Source: Methanothermus fervidus DSM 2088 (GTDB taxonomy: Archaea > Methanobacteriota > Methanobacteria > DSM-2088 > Methanothermaceae). Taken from it: DNA of 32,000 nt. Position numbers and translations under genes: made by a program. Below, one piece after another: positions 18,726 through 26,088 of this stretch. Each line of letters opens with the position of its first letter. Positions within the stretch are counted from its first letter, which is position 1. Under the pieces are notes generated by a model. That model was given only the letters and a program-made list of their open reading frames with translations. It was not told the DNA's origin and did no database searches. The stretch is from NCBI GenBank assembly GCA_000166095.1, contig CP002278.1, positions 300,001 to 332,000 of the forward strand. Direction: 5' to 3'.

Positions 18726-19400
18726 TTGACAAAATGTGCCAATAACAAAGAATTAGCTGAAAAAATCAAAAAAATTTTAGAATTAGAAAGATCTCCAGTT
18801 GCTATAAAGCTTGTTAAGAAAAAAGAAGATATACCTTCCGGTATAAAGAGCGTTGAAAAAGAAAAAAGACATTGTGAGATGGTTGAGGAAGCATCTAAAG
18901 GAGGAAAATTTTATGCCACCTGCGAATATCACTTATGTAAGGGAGGAGCAGGTGCAATTGGAATATGTGAAATGCCAAGTAAAGTAAAAAGTGGAGAGTT
19001 TTACCTAGAATTAGGAAGATTCTCAAGTTTTCCAGCCGCCAACAGATGTGTAAATACAATCCCAAAAATAAAAGAAAGATTTTATGCATCAGTGTATGCT
19101 CCCCTAGAAGAAGCAGATTTTGACCCTGATGTTGTAGTAATAATTTGCAAGCCAAATCAAGCAATGAAACTTGTGCAAGCATTAGTTTATAAATTAGGTG
19201 AAAGAGTAACATCAGACTTTTCTGGAATTCAGTCAGTATGTGCTGATGCAGTGGCAGGTCCATACACACGAGGAAAACCCAACTTTACATTAGGCTGTAG
19301 TGGATCTAGACAATACACAGGAATTAAAGATGAGGAAATTATCGTAGGTTTAAATGGCGAAAATCTCTGTTGTGTAGTTGAATCATTAGAATCCATTTGA
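18726..19400 (+). CDS. DUF169-family protein
   Basis: 224 aa. TTG start with GGAGGG SD 7 nt upstream. Pattern SPVAIKL...RHCEM...LCKGGAGAIG...PDVVVIICKPNQAMKL...SVCADAV...TLGCSGSR fits DUF169/COG2043 as I remember it. Confidence 0.65.
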   Translation: MTKCANNKELAEKIKKILELERSPVAIKLVKKKEDIPSGIKSVEKEKRHCEMVEEASKGGKFYATCEYHLCKGGAGAIGICEMPSKVKSGEFYLELGRFSSFPAANRCVNTIPKIKERFYASVYAPLEEADFDPDVVVIICKPNQAMKLVQALVYKLGERVTSDFSGIQSVCADAVAGPYTRGKPNFTLGCSGSRQYTGIKDEEIIVGLNGENLCCVVESLESI

Positions 19401-19404
19401 AACC

Positions 19405-20013
19405 ATGGCAACTAGGGAATTTATTGTAAGGATGAACGATACTACTACTAGTCCAAATTTTTCATTAAATAATCTTACAGGTGTTGGAAGGTTAGATTTA
19501 GCTTGTAGGGCTGTATCTTCAGCCCTATTTCTTTCTCATTCAATAAGAAAAAACTCTAAAATTTATGTCAACTTAAATGGTCCTCCTTCACCGCCAGTAA
19601 CAATATTATTTGATGCAAAAAATCTAAAAAGAGTATATCCTGATGAGAGGAACATTGCATCTCATATAAGAATTGCATTGAAAAAATTTGATAAAAAAGA
19701 AATTTTCACTGAAACAGAGCCTGGAATTTTCATTGCTAAAAAAAGTTTTGAAGAATTAATAAAAGAAAAAAATAAAAAAGCAGATATTTATTATTTATCA
19801 AAAGATGGCAAAGATATTAGAAAATTTAAATTTAATCTTGAAAAGGATCTTTGTTTTATTCTTGGAGACCATAAGGGAATTCCTAAAAAAACAGAAAAAT
19901 TTTTGGATGAATTAGGAATAAAAAAAATATCTGTTGGTGAAATAGAATACTTAGCATCACAAGTCATTACCATTGTGCATTATGAACTTGATAGACGTTT
20001 AGCAAGTAGGTAA
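19405..20013 (+). CDS. trmY: tRNA (pseudouridine54-N1)-methyltransferase
   Basis: 202 aa. REFIV...GRLDLACRAVSSALFLSHSIR...PPSPPVTILF...VYPDERNIASHI...ILGDHKGIP closely follows the TrmY (SPOUT, former DUF358) pattern. Confidence 0.85.
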   Translation: MATREFIVRMNDTTTSPNFSLNNLTGVGRLDLACRAVSSALFLSHSIRKNSKIYVNLNGPPSPPVTILFDAKNLKRVYPDERNIASHIRIALKKFDKKEIFTETEPGIFIAKKSFEELIKEKNKKADIYYLSKDGKDIRKFKFNLEKDLCFILGDHKGIPKKTEKFLDELGIKKISVGEIEYLASQVITIVHYELDRRLASR

Positions 20014-20597
20014 TCTTTATATGTATTTATATTTAACAGTTCAATTTCTTTTAGAGGAGGAATTGCATAAATTTTTACATTGTTATTGAGCATTTTTTTA
20101 AGAATTGGATTGATATTCCCAGGATATTGAGGTAAATATCTCAAAAGTAATTCCTTCCTAGCTACAAACGGCATGCCAAGTCCTTCCACATTTTCAACAT
20201 ATCCTTCTTTTCCTTTTCTACCTAATATCGACAATACGTCTTTTTTTATAGAAGTTTTTATTAAATTATTGAATGTTTCGCTGGTTACAAATGGTTGATC
20301 TCCTGCCACACACAAACAAATTTCATTGTTACATTCTTTGACACCAGATAATAGTGAATAAGACAATGGAACTTTATCAACCTTAACAATTTTTATATCA
20401 AGGTTTTTAATCAAATTAAAAATTTCTTTTTCTCTATATACAATGATACACTCATCAATTTTAGAGTTAAAAACATTGCTTAAAGTATGAAGCAATATTG
20501 GCTTGTTTCCAATTTTTAATAACAATTTATTTTTTGACACGTGTTTTTTCATTCGTTTACTTTGACCAGCTGCTGCAACTATTGCTGAAACTTTCAA
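19980..20597 (-). CDS. MobA/MocA-like nucleotidyltransferase (NTP_transf_3 type)
   Basis: 205 aa. N-terminal AAAGQSKRM...K.LL..G.P motif of MobA/MocA/IspD-like NTP transferases. 4 nt downstream of the VanW-like gene. Its 3' end overlaps the trmY 3' end by 34 nt. Confidence 0.6.
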   Translation of the reverse strand: MKVSAIVAAAGQSKRMKKHVSKNKLLLKIGNKPILLHTLSNVFNSKIDECIIVYREKEIFNLIKNLDIKIVKVDKVPLSYSLLSGVKECNNEICLCVAGDQPFVTSETFNNLIKTSIKKDVLSILGRKGKEGYVENVEGLGMPFVARKELLLRYLPQYPGNINPILKKMLNNNVKIYAIPPLKEIELLNINTYKDYLLAKRLSSS

Positions 20598-20601
20598 ATT
20601 A

Positions 20602-21783
20602 TCACTCCGGAATTAAATATATTATTTTAACATGTATTTCCATGCTAGGACCATGGCCTTCTGACCACATTATTATCTTTATTGGATATTTACCTGTATT
20701 TGTTATCTTAATATCTGTTGCAGGGTTTATACCATACTTAACTGCCGTATATTCCCAAGTCAATCCTGTAGGCAATGGAAATCCAATACTAGTTACGGCA
20801 TCTCTTAAAGCTCTTGCTGGTGGACAAGTACCATGAGAAGCTGTGCCTGTCGGTGCCTTTGGATCACTAGAAAGTTCAAAACCAACAGATTCTTTACCAG
20901 AGGATGCTGTACCTGGTGGTATTATTGTGTTATTCCATGCTTTAATAAAAGATCTTGCATTTAACTCTCTTTTTAAATCATTATATTCAGGATAAGATCC
21001 CAAATAATCAACTACGTGTATTGCAACTTTTTCCTTGTAATTATGCATGTAAACCATTATAGGAGAATAGCTTGGATAATTTTTCATGTATTCTTTCACA
21101 TTTTTACCAAAAAGTTTTTCAATCTCATTTGGAGGAACTTCGCGCCTATTATCATTAAAATAATTCAATGAATAATCTAAAGTTATATTTTCACCTTCAT
21201 ATGCATTCATATACCATTTTTTAATTTCTTGGACAGAAACATAATCATGAGGTACTGTATCATTATTTATATCTGAAAAACTAACAACTTTAACAATTCT
21301 ATTTTTTTCGACTATTGCTAAGGAATTTTTCGTCTTTACGCCATATGTATATGGAACTTTATAACCCCAAACAAAATTAGATGGAGAATCTACACAAATT
21401 TTACCATTTTTAATTTTTAATATACCAGGTCCTTCATAACCTACAGCTATTCCTCTTCTAGATATATGTTCTCCCAATACTTTCTCCATATTTGGTGTTA
21501 CTCCTGTTAAAATGGAAATCATGACTTCATCATATTGTCGTTCTTTAAAATCTTCTATTAAGTTTGTGGGATGAAGAATTAATGGTGCTTTCCATACTTT
21601 ATCTCTATTCACAACTTTCATTCCTGGAAGTATTGTATCTCCTGCATCAAAAGACGAAACTTCTTTTGGATTTTGGGAGGGACTACCTTTTTCTGCATAC
21701 AACCCAATAGGGGCTGTGATTATTGCTAATGCAAAAAATAAAATAATAAATTTATTTAATTTTTTCAATGATTTCACGCCCAT
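20602..21783 (-). CDS. exported protein with C-terminal VanW-like domain carrying a conserved-looking Cys (candidate cell-wall peptide transpeptidase)
   Basis: 393 aa. Signal peptide KFIILFFALAIITAPIGLYA. The C-terminal ~115 aa are NARSFIKAWNNTIIPPG...GTASHGTC(320)PPARALRDAV...GINPATDIKITNTGKYPIKIIMW...MEIHVKIIY. This parallels the VanW layout N..A..I.G.vl.PG...GGGxCQxSxTLYNA...G.DATv..DlKFkN...pilI. The ATG overlaps the upstream ligase gene by 32 nt. Confidence 0.5.
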   Translation of the reverse strand: MGVKSLKKLNKFIILFFALAIITAPIGLYAEKGSPSQNPKEVSSFDAGDTILPGMKVVNRDKVWKAPLILHPTNLIEDFKERQYDEVMISILTGVTPNMEKVLGEHISRRGIAVGYEGPGILKIKNGKICVDSPSNFVWGYKVPYTYGVKTKNSLAIVEKNRIVKVVSFSDINNDTVPHDYVSVQEIKKWYMNAYEGENITLDYSLNYFNDNRREVPPNEIEKLFGKNVKEYMKNYPSYSPIMVYMHNYKEKVAIHVVDYLGSYPEYNDLKRELNARSFIKAWNNTIIPPGTASSGKESVGFELSSDPKAPTGTASHGTCPPARALRDAVTSIGFPLPTGLTWEYTAVKYGINPATDIKITNTGKYPIKIIMWSEGHGPSMEIHVKIIYLIPE

Positions 21784-23230
21784 ATTTTACTCCTCCCTCT
21801 CCAATAATAAGTATGGTATCATTTTTATCTGCATAACTAAGGGCTTTCTTTATAGCTTCTTCTACTTGAAATTTACTTGCACCTAAAGTTCCTTTTTTAA
21901 ATTTTTTTTCTGTTGATTTTACATTTATTACGGTAGTATTTGTGTATTTTGATGCTTTTCTAGCAGAATATGATGCCGGTATCAATATATCTGCACTACT
22001 TAGAATTTTTGCAATTTTAATGTCTTCTTTGATTCCACTTTCAGATGATATTGTATTGACAACTATTAACCTGCCTTTTGGCTTTATTGTTTGAAGTATT
22101 GCCTTTACACCTGCAACATTGTGTGCATAATCAATTATTATCTCTGGTTTTTTATATATTTTTTCCATTCTTCCAGGAACTTTTTTAAATGTATTTAAAC
22201 CTTCAATTATTTTATCAAAATCAATTTTAAGAATAAATGCAGCTGCAGCAGCTGCTAAGGCATTGTATACATTAAATATACCACCATATTCTAATTTTAC
22301 AAGGCCTTCATTTGAATCAATGGATAAAATAAATTTTTTATTCTCCACATCTATAGCTTTAACTGTTGGTCTTGGTCTTTTAAACCCACATTCACACTCA
22401 TATTTTCCAAGATGTCCTAGAAATATTTCTTCGTATTTTAAATTTTTACCACAGAAAGGACAATCTCTATCCTCAAAAAAATGTTTTATTTTAATTTTTA
22501 AATTTTCAATCCCATAGTAGACTGTGTTGTCATTGCCAAAACTTGCGACTATTGGATCATCAGCATTTAAAACTAGTTTTTTTGCAACTTCCGTAATTTC
22601 TTTTTTACATTCAACATATTCTTGGAAAGAAATATTCTTTAAATGATCTCTTGATATATTTGTAATGACGCCAACAGTTACGTTGCTATTTTTTGCAGAT
22701 CTTTTTATTTCATTTTTTACTCCAAAGGTTCCTATTTCAACAACAGCAACGTCTCCAGGCAATCTTGCCTGTAATGGAGGTATAAACTCTGTATTACCTT
22801 GAATATTTAAATGATGTTCTGGCACCTCAAGCCCAGATATTTTAAGTATGTTTTTTAACATCTCCCTTGTTGTAGTTTTTCCATTTGTACCTGTAATACC
22901 AACTACTGGTTTTTTAACTTTATATTTTAAAATATCTTCTATTTTAATTAATTCTGCTTTTGGATTTTTATTTATTAAATTTAATACTTTTTTATTATTT
23001 GTTAAACTTGGTGCAATTGCTATAGCATCTGCTTTTTTTATTAAAGATAAATCGTGCCCACCTAAATCTAATTTTATACCTTCAGATTTAAATATATCTT
23101 TTAAATATGTATCTTTTCTAATATCTGACACTGTAACATCGTTACCTTTAGATTTTAAAATTCTTGCCATCAAACTACCTACTGTACCACAACCACCAAT
23201 TACAACTATCTTTTTATTTTTTAATTGCAT
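21752..23230 (-). CDS. Mur-ligase family protein (pseudomurein peptide ligase paralog) with MurT-like Cys4 zinc ribbon
   Basis: 492 aa. N-terminal Rossmann VVIGGCGTVG. P-loop GITGTNGKTTT, then VITNISRDHL, NALAAAAAA...VPGRME and DYAHN. Insertion C257PFC260GKNLKYEEIFLGHLGKYEC279EC281GFKRP (nt 22388-22462). Confidence 0.8.
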   Translation of the reverse strand: MQLKNKKIVVIGGCGTVGSLMARILKSKGNDVTVSDIRKDTYLKDIFKSEGIKLDLGGHDLSLIKKADAIAIAPSLTNNKKVLNLINKNPKAELIKIEDILKYKVKKPVVGITGTNGKTTTREMLKNILKISGLEVPEHHLNIQGNTEFIPPLQARLPGDVAVVEIGTFGVKNEIKRSAKNSNVTVGVITNISRDHLKNISFQEYVECKKEITEVAKKLVLNADDPIVASFGNDNTVYYGIENLKIKIKHFFEDRDCPFCGKNLKYEEIFLGHLGKYECECGFKRPRPTVKAIDVENKKFILSIDSNEGLVKLEYGGIFNVYNALAAAAAAFILKIDFDKIIEGLNTFKKVPGRMEKIYKKPEIIIDYAHNVAGVKAILQTIKPKGRLIVVNTISSESGIKEDIKIAKILSSADILIPASYSARKASKYTNTTVINVKSTEKKFKKGTLGASKFQVEEAIKKALSYADKNDTILIIGEGGVKYGREIIEKIK

Positions 23231-24746
23231 CTAATATGTCTCCTTTTACATTATCATAAGCATTGACAACGCCTGGACCTATATGTAGAATCAAATCTCC
23301 TTTTTTTGATAATTCGATAGCCTTTAGTATTGAATCACGTACATTAGATGTTATTATTGTTTTGCATTCTTTTGCTCCTCTAGCAACTTCTTCAGCAGCA
23401 TTCCAGTCTATTTCTCCAGTAGTTTCATTTTTAGCACTGCATATAAGTATATCAGCTTTTTTTGACAGAATTCTACCAATTCTAAATTTATCTCTAGTTG
23501 TGAGAGTATCTGGATTATCAAGACTTATAATAAGTCTACCTTTCACATCTAAGTTTCCAATGACTTTTTCCATACTTTCTGGATTGTGTGCAGCGTCCAT
23601 ATATATTTTAACACCATCAATTTCTCCTATTTTTTCAAATCTGCCTTTTATACCTTTGAAATTTTCTAATTTTTCTTTTATATATTTCATTTTAAGTCCT
23701 AAAGCCAAACCAACAGTAATAGTTGCAAGAGAATTTTCAATATTTACTATCCCTGGAATTTGCAACTTTATGTTTTTTTCAAAAGGTCCAACATATCTTC
23801 TTTTAAATTCTCCACATTTGCATAATAATTCACCACAATTTTCGCAAATGACTGTTGGTATCTCATTAACCACAGCTTTAAATTTGGATCCGTCTAATCC
23901 TTCCAAAACAATATCTTTTGCTGTTACATCAGGTTTAGGCTTCTTTCCATCAAAACTATAAACTTTTGATTTATATTTAATTTTTTGTGGCTTGCCTAAC
24001 CCATAAAATACAATTTCTTTGTTAACAGAATTTTTTAACTTATATATAATTGGATCGTCACTATTGAAGACCAAAAGACCATTTTTATGCACTAAATCCT
24101 TTACTAAAAAATTTCTTTTCACATAATCCCAATATCCATCAAATTCATCCAAATGGTCAGGTGTTAAATTTGTTAAAACACCTACAGATAACTCCAAACC
24201 TTTAACCATTCTTATAGTTCCATGAGGTAATTCAAAAACAGCAAATTCTTTATCTTTGTAATCCTGATTTACGACAATCTCTGCAAGACCTTCTATTACT
24301 AAAGAATCTTGAAGAGAAGAAAAGACAAGTGTTGAATATTTATCTTTTAACAGATAATATATCATGTTTGTGGTCGTTGTCTTTCCATCAGTGCCTGCAA
24401 CGCCAACCATAGGCATGTTGATAAATTTCCCTAAAATTTTGCCAATTTCCTCGGGAGTTATTATTTCTAGTCCTGATTTCTTAACAATTTTAACAATTTC
24501 AGAGTTTGTGGGTATACTTGGTGAAATAAATACTTTTTCAGCCCAATCCAAACTTTTAGGATTATGATGCCCAAATTCAAATTTTATGCCCATTTTTTTC
24601 ATTTTTTTTATTTTTTTCTTTGCCTTAGGTGGTAATTCCTCAAATTTTTTAATTTCACTGACCAATACTTCGTTACCTAAATAGTGTAAAAGCAATGCTG
24701 CAGGCCTACCAGCATTTCCTGCCCCAATAACAAGAATTTTTGACAT
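23214..24746 (-). CDS. Mur-ligase family protein (pseudomurein peptide ligase paralog) with Cys4 insertion
   Basis: 510 aa. VIGAGNAGRPAA, GVAGTDGKTTTT, VLTNLTPDHL, GIKGRFE, DAAHNP. Insertion C301ENC304GELLC309KC311GEFKR (nt 23814-23846). Overlaps the next ligase gene by 17 nt. Confidence 0.8.
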   Translation of the reverse strand: MSKILVIGAGNAGRPAALLLHYLGNEVLVSEIKKFEELPPKAKKKIKKMKKMGIKFEFGHHNPKSLDWAEKVFISPSIPTNSEIVKIVKKSGLEIITPEEIGKILGKFINMPMVGVAGTDGKTTTTNMIYYLLKDKYSTLVFSSLQDSLVIEGLAEIVVNQDYKDKEFAVFELPHGTIRMVKGLELSVGVLTNLTPDHLDEFDGYWDYVKRNFLVKDLVHKNGLLVFNSDDPIIYKLKNSVNKEIVFYGLGKPQKIKYKSKVYSFDGKKPKPDVTAKDIVLEGLDGSKFKAVVNEIPTVICENCGELLCKCGEFKRRYVGPFEKNIKLQIPGIVNIENSLATITVGLALGLKMKYIKEKLENFKGIKGRFEKIGEIDGVKIYMDAAHNPESMEKVIGNLDVKGRLIISLDNPDTLTTRDKFRIGRILSKKADILICSAKNETTGEIDWNAAEEVARGAKECKTIITSNVRDSILKAIELSKKGDLILHIGPGVVNAYDNVKGDILDAIKK

Positions 24747-24758
24747 TTCTTACCTCCG

Positions 24759-25994
24759 CTATTTTATGTTGAATATTGACATTGATTCTTCTAGAATTCT
24801 TTCTTCATAATCCTTTTTCTTTTCTCCAGGTTTCATTGGTTGCCTTAAAATTCTCAATAATTCCTTAGAAACACGAACTCCTATTTTATTTTTAAGCAAG
24901 GGATTTTTAATGTCGATGTTTTTTATCTTTTCTGAAAATATTTTTTCCTCTATTTTGTTAGCATCAGATGTTCTTACCTTTACCTTTGCCTGCTCTTTGC
25001 TCTTAAGATTATGGTAGTTAATCGCGACATAAATTGCACCATTGTTTAGAACATGTCTTTTGATTCCTTGAAAATCAATAGAGGAGACTTTACCATTCAA
25101 TTCTCCATAAACTTTAATTAATACAATTTTATTTTCAACATTTTTCTCATTTAATTTATTAATTATTTCAGTTCTAGCTTCTAAAGGAGACATATTATCA
25201 AAATTATTTAGCTTTATATATTCATACTCTGCTACATCTACATTTTTAAATTCATATTTTTTTACTTCATCATCAAATTCCACAATATAAAATCCTCTAT
25301 CTAAACCAGAAGCTGTTTTTTCTAAATCTTTAAATGAAGGTCCAAAAAGAGTTCCGGGATAAAATATCATCTCTTCTTCATCTATTATTTTCTCATGTAG
25401 ATGGCCACCAGCATAATAGTTAAAATTTCTTGGCAATGAACTCTTGGCAATGCCTTCAATCTCAGGTAAATCTTTTGGTATAAGTTCTTTTATTGCAGTG
25501 TGAAACATGAAAATTTTAAATCCTTTTTCTTTTTCTAAATATTCCATGTCTAAAAGCCTAAAATATTCCTTTTCTATAGATCTTTGCCTTGCGTTTATAC
25601 CACATATCTTAGCTCCAGTATTATCCTCTATAAATTCTAATTTTATTTTACCACAAGCTTTAGCATGGAAAACCTTTGTTATTAAGCCTGCACTCTCTAA
25701 AATATCAATCATTGAGGTATTAGTGGGACTGTAATCATGACTTCCATAAATAACATATATTGGGATCTCTTTGTCTCTAACATCTTTTAGTTTTTTTGTA
25801 GTTCTTTTTGCAGCTTCCATATTGGGTATGTTGGAATGAAACAAGTCACCACATATTATAATAAAATCAACTTTTGATTTTAAGGCCTCATCAATAGCAT
25901 TTTCAAAAGCTTTGATCTCCATTTCTTTCAATGTTGGATGTCTATGAGATCCAATATGAGCATCTGCAATATGTGCAAACTTATATGTAATAAT
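24759..25994 (-). CDS. mre11: DNA double-strand break repair nuclease Mre11 (5' boundary uncertain; no canonical start upstream of motif I)
   Basis: Phosphoesterase motifs: I FAHIADAHIG, II ICGDLFHS, III YGSHDY, IV FMFHTA, V AGGHLHEK. The track start (25931) is TTG and would delete motif I. In-frame codons upstream run TGA(26007-26009) GAA GGG GAT GGT ATT ATT ACA TAT AAG TTT GCA CAT..., so the candidate start is ATT at 25994 or 25991. Confidence 0.8.
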   Translation of the reverse strand: MITYKFAHIADAHIGSHRHPTLKEMEIKAFENAIDEALKSKVDFIIICGDLFHSNIPNMEAAKRTTKKLKDVRDKEIPIYVIYGSHDYSPTNTSMIDILESAGLITKVFHAKACGKIKLEFIEDNTGAKICGINARQRSIEKEYFRLLDMEYLEKEKGFKIFMFHTAIKELIPKDLPEIEGIAKSSLPRNFNYYAGGHLHEKIIDEEEMIFYPGTLFGPSFKDLEKTASGLDRGFYIVEFDDEVKKYEFKNVDVAEYEYIKLNNFDNMSPLEARTEIINKLNEKNVENKIVLIKVYGELNGKVSSIDFQGIKRHVLNNGAIYVAINYHNLKSKEQAKVKVRTSDANKIEEKIFSEKIKNIDIKNPLLKNKIGVRVSKELLRILRQPMKPGEKKKDYEERILEESMSIFNIK

Positions 25995-26009
25995 ACCATC
26001 CCCTTCTCA

Positions 26010-26088
26010 GATTTTTTAACAATAAATTTTTTATAAATCTTATTATAGATAATAGCTGTGGAAAAATATTATTTTTTGGGGATTTCAC
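26010..26088. promoter_or_regulatory. shared divergent promoter region of mre11 and rad50
   Basis: About 80 nt, AT-rich, with TATA-like TTTTTTATAAATC (26027-26039) and TTATTATAGATAAT. Both genes have a GGGGAT SD-like element just upstream of the start region. Confidence 0.4.

Noticed and set aside
23263-23961. 232-aa plus-strand ORF antisense to the 510-aa Mur ligase (also 22263-22517, 22848-23234, 24364-24567).
   Set aside because: No motifs and a low-complexity hydrophobic/Ser-rich sequence. The opposite strand carries complete Mur-ligase motifs.
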